Assembly: GCA_025594325.1 (NCBI GenBank) | Contig: JANHCV010000014.1 | Location: forward strand, 744,001-808,000 | Direction of reading: 5' to 3' | Length of the DNA stretch: 64,000 nt | Source: Blastocladiella emersonii ATCC 22665 | Taxonomy: Eukaryota > Fungi > Blastocladiomycota | Shown here: positions 49,588 through 58,812 of the stretch, piece by piece | Position numbering within the stretch: position 1 is the stretch's first letter | How the letters are laid out: each line of letters starts with the position of its first letter | The notes under the pieces: model-generated | The model's input: only the letters and a program-made list of their open reading frames with translations | Told to the model about the DNA's origin: nothing | The model's database searches: none | Translations under genes and position numbers: made by a program

Positions 49588-50757
49588 TTACTCGTCGCGC
49601 TCAATGAACATGGCGAGCGGCAGCCCCGAGTGCGCGTCGCGGGGCACGTCACCAATACTTCCGCTCGGCTTGGGTGTCGAGTTGCGCAGCTTATCGATAA
49701 GCGCGCACGCGTCCTTGGCAAACTGGTTCCCGAACATGCCATTTTGGTCGTGGAGGGCAGCGACGATCGCGTTGTACAGGTGCTGGAGGGGCGCGCGGTG
49801 GGCGCACGCGGCGCTGAGATGTGCGACGACGCCAACGTTCATCTACCGTAATTGGGATTGGTCGGAATAGTCCGGAAGCGATGTTCGGCGAAGATCAGAT
49901 CGTACAATGGTGGCGACAGTCACGACAAGGAGCGGCGCAAGCTGGCGGAGCGTGGCGGGTTTGACCTCGCGCCCGCGCGTCTGCGCCATGCGCTGGCTCA
50001 CGCGCTCGAGGTAGGCGTCAATGGCGTCGATGCCGCTTACTGCCAGGGTGCAACGGGCGATGAGTTAGCTCGTGCGGGATTTGGACGACGCGTAGTGGCA
50101 CGTACTCTCACGCCAGTTCAGGAACCGCCGGACGAGCTCGGCGAGGAACGGGTGCAAGCGGTACGGGTCGGCGTGCGACAGGTCAACCGTGAGGCGCCGC
50201 GTCCCAAGTGTCTTTCGGATCCAGTCGATAAGAGTGTAGAGGGTCGATGAGCTGTCTCCGTCGCTCAACGGCGGCTGGCACTGGGCAGGCTGCGACAGGA
50301 GAGTGAGATTAAACGGCATGCAGGATAGCCCAGGCGTGTTGGCAAGCGTGCGCAGGAACGCGAGAACGGTTGTGAAAATCGCAGGAACGAACGTTTCAAT
50401 CGAAAGGTTGGGATTCGCAGCGCCGTACGCCGGCGAGACAACCAAATGAACGCATGGAGAGTATAAGGCTGGATCAGAGCGCGCAAACGAATGAAGCGTC
50501 CGGTTGGCCGTTGCAAAGGCTCGAAAAGCACCCGGACCCACATTCTCGATGACTGCGTGTAGAATTCTCGCGAGAACGTCTTGCGGGAGGTCGAGCAACT
50601 GAAGCGGTCGCTCCGCAGCTGGTCGAGGTGACAGCGGCGCAGCGGGCGCCTGCGGCAGCATCCCAGCTTCCTCGGGGCGATCGTCCACTAGGCTGAGTTG
50701 CTTGAGCGGAACATGTTGCAGGGAGTCGTTTTCATCCGATGCCATTTTTGCGTTCAT
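49588..50757 (-). CDS. F-box-like N-terminus fused to the family Y C-terminal domain, 3 exons, intact
   Basis: LLDLPQDVLARIL; LHPFLAELVRRFLNWR; intron; IDAYLERVSQR...LRQLAPLLVV; intron; PLQHLYNAIVAALHDQNGMFGNQFAKDACAL...PRDAHSGLPL. Confidence 0.75.
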
Positions 50758-50961
50758 GAGCCTCAAAGGTGCGTCGCGAGTCGCGGTGACCGCGTTTCGT
50801 CTTCGCTCGCTCGCCTCGATCACGTTGTGGCGCAACACGAGTCCGCCCAGTCGATGGGGGGCGTGATTAGTCTCAGAGTATCCGCGGAGCCACGGCCATG
50901 GAATGGGCTGCGTCGACCACGATTTATCAATGAACGCGGCGCAAGACATAAGGAATATTCA

Positions 50962-51445
50962 TCAGTCCTCGCGCTTTTTGTACAGAGTGCACAAAAGCCC
51001 TGTTTGAGCATCGCGAGGGACGCGGCGCGACGCGGAGGGTTGGGCCTCCGCTGCACCATGCCTGGTCGAGCGGCAACGCAGGCTCTCGACGAGAGCGCAT
51101 GCGTCGTCCGAGAACTGCGTGCCAAACGTGCCGTCCGCGCTGTGAAGGGCGTCCATTGCTTCCTGATACAGTTGGCCAAGCTTTGGGCGGCCAGACATCG
51201 TGACGCCGAAATGAGTCGCGACGCTGCCGCTCGCCTACACGGCAAACGCAACGGGTTTCAGTAAGCGAGACGCGAGTGTGGAGCGGTGCGACGCGAGTGC
51301 GGAGCGGTGCGATGGAGATTGTACAAGAACGACAACCGTTTCGACCAAGGTTGGCGCGAGCTGCTACAGCGTGATCGCCTCGACCTCGGTGCGGCTGGCG
51401 CGTGCCACGCGCTTGTTGAGTCGCGCGAGATACTCTTCAACAGCA
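50962..51445 (-). pseudogene. 3' fragment of a family Y gene (last two exons, internal TAG)
   Basis: EYLARLNKRVAR...ITL*QLAPTL, then an intron, then ASGSVATHF...PKLGQLYQEAMDALHSADGTFGTQFSDDACAL. The 5' part is absent. Confidence 0.65.
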
Positions 51446-51578
51446 CCGCTTGCCCACGCTCAACGAGACGCTCGCGTGATCGATGACCTCACATCACAAG
51501 AACAGCAGAGACTGGGATCAACACACGTCGCGAGGACACAAAACGCGTCGATTTTATCAGGGAATCGATGCGCGGACT

Positions 51579-51600
51579 ACACACACACACACACACACAC
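51579..51600. repeat. (AC)11 microsatellite
   Basis: Directly visible. Confidence 0.95.
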
Positions 51601-52247
51601 AAAATTGAAAGCCCAAACCACCTACTTGGATGCGGGCGCGGACGTGGTGGGCAGGTACAGGATGGTGTCGTTGTCGCTCTCGCGCTTGGGCGGCGACAGG
51701 GCAGGCGGGAGATACAGTTCCTCGGGCGCAGACTCAAGCGAAGCGGGGCGCGGAGCAGGCTTGTCCTGGACTGTGGGAGGCGAGCGGTGGCGGCGGCGGC
51801 GGCGGCCAAGGAGGAATGCGGCAGTAGCGAGCAGGAGCGCAATGGGGATCGCGATGCCAAGGAAGAGGGGAAGCTGGGACGTGGGGATGGGAGAAGGTGA
51901 AGTGGTGGGGATAGGGGTGGGGCAAATAGTCGTAAGGTTTTTCAGAGCAGCGTTGTCCTTCTCAAAGCACCTTCCTTCGCGCGTTGAACCTGCAAAGCAG
52001 GTAAACTTGTTCTGCTCGGACTCTCCATACAGGATATTGCACGAGGCCCTACGCAACTTACTGAGTTAGAGGTCCTGTGGAGGAAGGTGGGAGAAGCACG
52101 TACAGGGTAGGAGGGAGCTGGGGAAGCGGGCCGCTGAGCTGGTTGGCGTACAGGCCCCTACACAAATCCAGCACACAGTCAGCCACGTGTGGTGGTGCAG
52201 TCAAGGCGTGGTCGAGTGGCAACGTACAGATGTTGGAGGTTCACCAG

Positions 52248-52502
52248 TGCTATTCTACTCAGGCACGGGGGAAGCGGGATACACGCGACGTACAGTGACA
52301 GGATGGTATTGCAGGGGAAATCAACCAGTGTATCAAACAGGAACAGCTTCATTCATCCTCGAACAGGAACCGAGCGCGAGAGTGCGCCGCGCGTTGGGCT
52401 GCGGCGGAGGCGTGGGAGGCGGCGTCGGTGGGTGGCGTGATCCACACCTGACCTCGACGCGTGCGTGTCTCGCATGTCTCGCACGCACGCCCCACTACAG
52501 CA
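52248..52502 (-). repeat. 3' LTR of the copia element
   Basis: Direct repeat of 58558-58812, ends TGCTA...CTACAGCA. Preceded on the minus strand by the PPT-like GCGGGAG (52503-52509). Confidence 0.97.
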
Positions 52503-52528
52503 CTCCCGCATGGATCTCGGCACCCGGA

Positions 52529-55500
52529 CTACTTGGTCTTGACCGGGACGACGTCCTCGAGCTTGACCATGCCCATGGCCTTGAGCGTCTCGATGAACTG
52601 GTCGCGCGGCACGACCTTGGTGAGGTAGTCGGCGAGGTTCTTCTTGGACGGCACGTACTTGAGCTCGACGACCTTCTCCTTGACCTGCTCGCGCAGGAAG
52701 AACACGCGCACCGAGACGTGCTTGACGGACCGGCGCATGTCGCTCGTGGTGGCAAGGATGCACGCCGCGTCGTTGTCGATGAACGTCGGCACCATGTCGA
52801 TCTTCTTGTTGAGCAGGTCGGACGTGAGCGTGTTGAGCCAGGCCACGTCGCGGATCGCCTCAGTGGCGGCGTTGAGCTCGGCCTCGGTCGTTGAGAGCGC
52901 TACCCACGACTGGCGGCGCGAGCACCAGGTCGTCGCGCTGCCGTTGATCAGCGTGACGAACCCCGTGGTCGATCTGCGCGTCGCCTCGTCGCCAGCGAAA
53001 TCGGCGTCCACGTACGCGGACAGATCGACCGACCCATCGGCGGACCGGTGGTACATGATGCTGAGCGAGACGGTGCCCTTGAGGTACTCGACGATCGCAA
53101 TGAGCGCGTCCATGTCCATGGTCGTCGGGTTGGCCGCGTTCCGCGACACGACGCTGGTCGCGTACGCAATGTCGACGCGCGACACGGTCGCGAGGTGCAT
53201 CAGCCCGCCGAGCAGCGACAGGAACCGCTTGCGCTCGCCCGGGTTGAGCGGCACCGCCTCCTTGGCTGAGCTGGTGGCGACCCTGGGCGTGCTGCGCGTT
53301 CTGGGCGAGTCGCCGCCGAACTCCTTGATCAGGTCGCGCGTGTACTGCGGCTGGCCGATCCAGATCCCGTCCTTGGTCTGGATCACCTGCATGTTGAGGT
53401 ATTTCGAGGCCAGGCCCAGGTCCTTGATCTTGAGCTCTCGCGCGAGCGCGGCCTTGACAGCGGCGACCTCCTTCTCGTCGGTGCCCGCGATCAGGATGTC
53501 GTCGACGTAGGCGATCAGGTACGTGACGGACGTGCGCGTACGCCGAATGTACACGCAGCAGTCGGCGGCGCTGGCAATGAACCCGTTCTTGATGAGGATG
53601 GCGGCGAGGTGGTTCGACCACTCGTGGCCAGCCTGGCGCAGACCGTACAGCGACTTCTTGAGCTTCAGGACGTGGCCGTCCTTGATGTCCATGCCCTCGG
53701 GCGCGCGCATGTACACCGTCTCCTTCAACGACGCGTGGACGTACGCGCTCGTCACGTCCATCGAATGGACGGGCAGGCCCTGCGCGGCGGCGATGGCGAA
53801 CAGCGTGCGCGCCGATCCGTGGGCGACGGCGGGCGCAAACGTCGCGTTGAAGTCGCGGCCCTCGATCTGCTGGTTTCCGTGCGCAACGAGACGCGCCTTG
53901 AAGCGGGTCACCTCGCCCTTGTTGTTGCGCTTGAGCGCGAACACGAACATGGACGTGATGACGTGGGCCATGCGGCCGTCGCCGCGCACTGGCCACTTGA
54001 CAAACTCGAACGTGTCGTTGTCGATGAGGGACTGGAGCTCCTCCTTGATGGCCTGGACCCACTCGGCCCACTGCGCGCTGGACATGGCCTCCTTATACGT
54101 CCGAGGCGTCAGGATGTCAACGAACTCGCCGAGGAACGCGGCGGCCTTGTCGTCCAGCAGCGCCGCGATGAACCCGTAGTCGAGCGTGTACTCGTCACGC
54201 GCGCTGCTGTTTCGCGCAGCGTCGTCCGTCGGATCAATGGTGGTGTCCGAGTCCTTGAACTTGGCCGGCAGCTGGCCGCGGTTTGAGCGGGCCGGGTTGG
54301 TGCGCTTCGGCTCGCGCTCCAGATCAGGCGCGGGAGATGCAGCACGTTTCCGAGCCGCGACGCCGTGATCACCGATGGGCACCAGGTCCGTAGCGCCGTA
54401 ATCGCGATCGGGACCGGCGACATCGCAATGCGGTGCTGAGGCGGCTTCGCCGCCCGCACCCTCCCGCCGCGCAGCGGTGGACACGGCAGCCGGAGCTCCC
54501 GCCGACTGCGGCGCAGCAGCTTCCGCCGGCTGCGGCGCAATGGCTCCCGCCGACCTGGGCGCGGCAGCTCCCGCCGACTCGGGCTTGGCAGCTCCCGCCG
54601 ACTTGGGCGCGGCAGCCCCCGCCGACTCGGGCTCGGCAGCTCCTGCCGACTCAGGCGCGGCAGCCCCCGCCGACCGCCGGCGGAACGACCGCTCCATGAC
54701 GCGGGTCTCGTCGAACACGGCCCAGCTGGTGGTGTGGATCTCCTGGGTCTCGAGGTCAACAACAATGTACGCGGCACCGCCGTTGGTGTAGCAGAGCAGG
54801 CGCATCGAGGAACCACGCGGGCGGATCTTGCTGATGTTGTCGCGCGGGGAACGGACAACCACGTCCGCCGACCACGCGCGGAAGATGCCAAGATCCGGCG
54901 CCTCACCCGACCACGCCTCGTGCGGCAAGATGTGGTAGCGGCCCTCGGGCTGCTCAAGCGCGGTGCTCGGGAGGCAGTTGCAGACGAAACACGCGGCCGT
55001 GAACGCGTACGGCCAGTACGTCTCAGGCAGGTCAACGGCGGCAGCGATTGACGCGTGGGCCTTGACAGTCACGTCCTGCACCAGCCGCTCGATGCGCCCG
55101 TTGGCGTGGTGGTTACCCGGCGGCAAGAAATGCCACTCGATGCCCTTGGCGGCGGCCCACTCGGTGAGCGTCTTGTTCTTGAACTCGCCGCCGTTGTCCA
55201 AGCGGAACCACTTGACAGTGGTGTCGGTCTCGTTCTCGAGGCGGTTGACGAGCTTCATGATGAACTCGGGCGCGTTGGACTTGGCCTCGAGGGCAAACGC
55301 CCAGGCCTTGCGCGTGTAGTCGTTGAGCACGAGCAGGATGCACGTCTTGTCCTTGACGGCGGCCTTGTTGACAATGGCGAGGTCGAAGCGCAGGCACTCG
55401 AGGCGCGCCTTGGTCTTCTCGCCTGTGGGGCCCGCCAACGGGCCGCGCTGGATATTGGCCGTGACGCATGACACGCAGATGCCGCCCACATCCTCGTCGC

Positions 55501-57868
55501 CGTGGTTCCCAGTGCATTGACGGGCAAGGTTGACCAGCTTGTACGCCGGGTCCGCGAGGACCGCCTTGATGACGTGGGCGCCTGGGTGACCGAGCCGCAT
55601 GTGCGCGACGTGCTGCGGCGAGTAGTTGAGCGTCGCGTCGGCAAACGTGTGGAACGCGGCGTCGCACGCGCCGGCCTTGGGGACAGTCGCGCACGCCACC
55701 AGCGCCGTGTGCTGCGCGTTGGTCTCCTTGCCAATCATGTCGGCGAACGACTGCTTGTTGATCTTGGTCATGACCTCGACGGCCACGGCGCGCTCCTTGT
55801 TGATGGCCTTCTTCATGTCCTCATCCAATGGGCACGCCCAGAAACGGACGTCGGGGTGCGGCCCCGCGTACGTGCCAAGATCGGCGACCATCATGGCCAA
55901 CTCCTCCGTTGGGCGGTGGAAGTGGGCCTTCTCGGCCTTGGGCACCCGCGCCTGCGCGCGAGCGGGCAGCGCGCCGACAAGCGTCAGGAGGCGCCCATGG
56001 ATCGCGCCCTTGATCTTGCGGCCGCAGGCCAGCTCCAGCGTGAAGGTGGTCTTGTTGGCGGGGAACGTTGATGTCACGCCATCACGCTGCAGCTGCGTTG
56101 TGCTGATCAAGCGACGCGCCAGGTCGGGCGCGTACAGGACGTCACGTAGGATGATCCGGGTGGGCCGACCCTCAGTGTCAAGGGGCTGGATCTCGACCTT
56201 GCCAATGTGGGTCCCGTACACCGCCATCTGCAACTTGCCCACGGCAATGCAACGAGGGGTGTCGAGCTTGGTGAGCGAGGTGAAGTCATCCTTGTAGGGC
56301 GAGAGGTGCGTGCTGGCGCCCGAGTCAAGGAGCCAGGTCGACTGCTTGGACCCGTCGCCGTGCATCGTGGTGAGCAGGGCGTGCTCCGTGATCTCGTTCT
56401 TGTTGAGGTCGACCATGCACACGTAGGTCGCGTCCTTTCGCAAGCCACCCGCGCGGCGCTTCTCCTTGTGCGCCCGCGCAATGTCCTCCTTGATCTGGAA
56501 GCCCGCCGGCGCCGGGAACTTGGCCATGTCGTGGTCGCGGTCGTGCCAGCACCCGTCAATTACATGAGGCCAGCCACACAGGCACATCACCTTGCGGCGC
56601 CTGTTGCGGCTGCGGCTACAGCTGCGGTACCGCAAGCGCCAGTCGGGGGTGCAGCTACGACTGCGGTAGCTGCCCCGGTGGCCACCATCACAGCTGCGGC
56701 TGCAACTGCGACTGCGACTGCGGCTACGGCTGCGGCCACGACCCTTGCCGCCCCTGCGCCTGCGGTTGCGCCCGCCCTTGTCACCGCCGTTACCCATATG
56801 GCGATCGTCGGCAAGGAACGCCTGCTGCACCGCCACGTTGGCACGCTTGGCCAAGGTGGTGGCGTTGGCTGCGTGGGTGATTGCTGGGCGATGGCGCGCA
56901 AAGTACTCAATGATGACCTTGTGGATGTCCAACATGGTCTTGGCCTTCTGGAGCTCCTCGTCGAGCGAGATGAACGGCGACAGACCGGTGATCGTTGGGT
57001 TGAAAGCGGCCGGGATCTTGATGCCCACCTCGGTGTGGAACATGAAGAAGGCGGCCTTGCTGCCCATGTTGTGGGTACCCTCAGCGGACCCCATGGCGGT
57101 GGTGTAGTGCATGATCTTGTTCTGCAGGTCCACAAGGAACGCGGGCAGGTTGTTGAGGTTGGTCGAGTCAAACTGGGTGGCATTGAGCTGGCGCTTGAGC
57201 TTGGGCATCTGGGCCGAGTGGGTACGCTGCATGTAGCGGTACATCTGGAGCATGATCTCGATTGGCTGGTCGTTGTGGTTGACGGCGGCCTTGAGCCCGA
57301 CGGGGAGCAAGTCACGGATGGCAAGGTTCAGCTGCGTCGAGTGCGACGTGAACATGTTCTCGGTCCCCTTGGTCTTGGCGATCCACTCGGTCTCCGTGAA
57401 GAAGAGCGCCGACGCAATGCTGGCGCCGCGGGCCGCCATTACAACGTTGATGACCCATGGGTCAATGTTGATGCCCTCAATCGACTCGTGCTTGGCAATC
57501 TCGAGCTTGAAGGGCGGGATGCGCTCGATCTTGAGGTTGGGGACTGGGATCGGCATGTACGCCGCGAAGAGCAACTCGCGCGTCTTCTTGAACTCGTCGA
57601 CCAACATGCTGAGCTTGGCTGCCAGCTGCAGGTCAATGGTCGCCACAATCGGGCCGCTGCCGCTGCCGCTGCTGGTGGGCGTCTCAGGTGGTGGGCGCAG
57701 CGGGATCTCGGGCGCTGATTTGATTGTGTTGGAGTACTGGAACATGGCGTCACCAATCTGCAGGTTGACAATCTGCAGGCAGGCAGTTGGCTTGTCAATC
57801 TTGCCCTCGAGGAGGTCAGCAATGACCGCGTTGGCCTTGTTCTGCTTGTCCGTGTCGACGTCGGTCAT
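52529..57868 (-). CDS. Copia Gag-Pol polyprotein, single intact ORF (about 1779 aa from ATG 57868)
   Basis: Protease WLLDSGASTH; HMRLGHP/CVSC zinc site; integrase FD...RLDNGGEF...NGRIER; RT MDVTSAYV and YVDDIL; RNase H YVDADFAGD, TEAELNA, NLADYLTK. Confidence 0.95.
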   Translation of the reverse strand: MTDVDTDKQNKANAVIADLLEGKIDKPTACLQIVNLQIGDAMFQYSNTIKSAPEIPLRPPPETPTSSGSGSGPIVATIDLQLAAKLSMLVDEFKKTRELLFAAYMPIPVPNLKIERIPPFKLEIAKHESIEGINIDPWVINVVMAARGASIASALFFTETEWIAKTKGTENMFTSHSTQLNLAIRDLLPVGLKAAVNHNDQPIEIMLQMYRYMQRTHSAQMPKLKRQLNATQFDSTNLNNLPAFLVDLQNKIMHYTTAMGSAEGTHNMGSKAAFFMFHTEVGIKIPAAFNPTITGLSPFISLDEELQKAKTMLDIHKVIIEYFARHRPAITHAANATTLAKRANVAVQQAFLADDRHMGNGGDKGGRNRRRRGGKGRGRSRSRSRSRSCSRSCDGGHRGSYRSRSCTPDWRLRYRSCSRSRNRRRKVMCLCGWPHVIDGCWHDRDHDMAKFPAPAGFQIKEDIARAHKEKRRAGGLRKDATYVCMVDLNKNEITEHALLTTMHGDGSKQSTWLLDSGASTHLSPYKDDFTSLTKLDTPRCIAVGKLQMAVYGTHIGKVEIQPLDTEGRPTRIILRDVLYAPDLARRLISTTQLQRDGVTSTFPANKTTFTLELACGRKIKGAIHGRLLTLVGALPARAQARVPKAEKAHFHRPTEELAMMVADLGTYAGPHPDVRFWACPLDEDMKKAINKERAVAVEVMTKINKQSFADMIGKETNAQHTALVACATVPKAGACDAAFHTFADATLNYSPQHVAHMRLGHPGAHVIKAVLADPAYKLVNLARQCTGNHGDEDVGGICVSCVTANIQRGPLAGPTGEKTKARLECLRFDLAIVNKAAVKDKTCILLVLNDYTRKAWAFALEAKSNAPEFIMKLVNRLENETDTTVKWFRLDNGGEFKNKTLTEWAAAKGIEWHFLPPGNHHANGRIERLVQDVTVKAHASIAAAVDLPETYWPYAFTAACFVCNCLPSTALEQPEGRYHILPHEAWSGEAPDLGIFRAWSADVVVRSPRDNISKIRPRGSSMRLLCYTNGGAAYIVVDLETQEIHTTSWAVFDETRVMERSFRRRSAGAAAPESAGAAEPESAGAAAPKSAGAAKPESAGAAAPRSAGAIAPQPAEAAAPQSAGAPAAVSTAARREGAGGEAASAPHCDVAGPDRDYGATDLVPIGDHGVAARKRAASPAPDLEREPKRTNPARSNRGQLPAKFKDSDTTIDPTDDAARNSSARDEYTLDYGFIAALLDDKAAAFLGEFVDILTPRTYKEAMSSAQWAEWVQAIKEELQSLIDNDTFEFVKWPVRGDGRMAHVITSMFVFALKRNNKGEVTRFKARLVAHGNQQIEGRDFNATFAPAVAHGSARTLFAIAAAQGLPVHSMDVTSAYVHASLKETVYMRAPEGMDIKDGHVLKLKKSLYGLRQAGHEWSNHLAAILIKNGFIASAADCCVYIRRTRTSVTYLIAYVDDILIAGTDEKEVAAVKAALARELKIKDLGLASKYLNMQVIQTKDGIWIGQPQYTRDLIKEFGGDSPRTRSTPRVATSSAKEAVPLNPGERKRFLSLLGGLMHLATVSRVDIAYATSVVSRNAANPTTMDMDALIAIVEYLKGTVSLSIMYHRSADGSVDLSAYVDADFAGDEATRRSTTGFVTLINGSATTWCSRRQSWVALSTTEAELNAATEAIRDVAWLNTLTSDLLNKKIDMVPTFIDNDAACILATTSDMRRSVKHVSVRVFFLREQVKEKVVELKYVPSKKNLADYLTKVVPRDQFIETLKAMGMVKLEDVVPVKTK
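54485..54675 (-). repeat. 24-bp tandem repeats encoding (SAGAAxPx)n in the integrase-RT linker
   Basis: About 8 copies, visible in both DNA and protein. Confidence 0.9.
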
Positions 57869-57920
57869 CTGGTAGCGCGCGTGAAGCCATGTCAGGTCAG
57901 CTTCTTGTCCATGGTCATCT

Positions 57921-58097
57921 CCTTGGTGCTTCAGCTCCCTCGAGGGGCGAGCAAATCTCCTTGGTGCTCCAGCCCCCTCGTGGGGCGAGCAAAGCTCCTT
58001 GGTGCTCCAGCCCCCTTGTGGGGCGAGCAAAGCTCCTTGGTGCTCCAGCCCCCTCAAAGGGCGAGCTTTGGTGCTCAAGCCCCCTTGTGGGGCGAGC
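57921..58097. repeat. About 5 tandem 38-bp repeats in the copia leader, each with a GCCCC-N5-GGGGC hairpin
   Basis: Unit CCTTGGTGCTCCAGCCCCCTCGTGGGGCGAGCAAAGCT. Confidence 0.9.
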
Positions 58098-58235
58098 GAC
58101 CAGCATGCTCTACACCTTCCGGCGGAGCCTTCTACCCCTGCTGTCCTCATGACAGCTCAAGGTTGCTGGTTACATCGAAGACATCTCCTGCGTCTTCTTG
58201 AGCTGCGGCGAGAGGCTGCACCAGGGCTCATAACC

Positions 58236-58353
58236 TGCTATGATGTTAAGTGGACAAAACGGATCCGCCATGACATTCCTGCTACCTACAGCACTTGCTA
58301 TGATGTTAAGTGGACAAAACGGATCCGCCATGACGTTCCTGCTACCTACAGCA
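58236..58353. repeat. Two tandem 58-bp mini-LTR-like units (58236-58293, 58296-58353) separated by CT
   Basis: Each begins TGCTA and ends CTACAGCA, like the 255-bp LTR. One mismatch between units. Flanked by a second PBS (58222-58235) and a PPT-like tract (58354-58362). Confidence 0.85.
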
Positions 58354-58543
58354 CTCCCCCGCACTCAAGCATCACAGCTCGCTGGTCCATCAGGCTTCTG
58401 GTCTCTTGGGGCGGGCATTTTTCCTTCTGCATTTATCTCCATTTAGCGTCGTAAGCCTTTTTCACAATGGTGAGTGCCAGAGTCATGCTGTAGTCCCGCT
58501 CCCCCGAACTATAAATTGTTTAGCGCAGAGGATTGAACTCCGC

Positions 58544-58557
58544 CAGGGCTCATAACC
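58544..58557 (-). promoter_or_regulatory. Primer-binding site complementary to the anticodon-arm half of initiator tRNA-Met
   Basis: GGTTATGAGCCCTG directly after the 5' LTR. The plus strand CAGGGCTCATAACC matches the fungal tRNAiMet anticodon stem-loop, the half-tRNA priming known from copia-type elements. Confidence 0.9.
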
Positions 58558-58812
58558 TGCTATTCTACTCAGGCACGGGGGAAGCGGGATACACGCAACG
58601 TACAGCAACAGGATGGTATTGCAGGGGAAATCAACCAGTGTATCAAACAGGAACAGCTTCATTCATCCTTGAACAGGAACCGAGCGCGAGAGTGCGCCGC
58701 GCGTTGGGCTGCGGCGGAGGCGTGGGAGGCGGCGTCGGTGGGTGGCGTGATCCACACCTGACCTCGACGCGTGCGTGTCTCGCATGTCTCGCACGCACGC
58801 CCCACTACAGCA
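58558..58812 (-). repeat. 5' LTR of the copia element
   Basis: Direct repeat of 52248-52502. Confidence 0.97.

Larger units (their letters stand above)
52248..58812 (-). mobile_element. Full-length Ty1/copia LTR retrotransposon with 5-bp TSD ACCAG
   Basis: 255-bp LTRs (TG...CA) with 4 mismatches. TSD at 52243-52247 and 58813-58817. Domain order PR-IN-RT-RH. Confidence 0.97.

Noticed and set aside
44843-51198. Family of about 80-aa small ORFs (44843, 47530, 48026, 49588, 50962) that looked like separate genes behind in-frame TAG stops
   Set aside because: The TAGs are intron acceptors; each ORF is the last exon of a family Y gene.
58544-58557. tRNA-Met gene
   Set aside because: Only 14 nt match; it is the retrotransposon primer-binding site and no cloverleaf is present.
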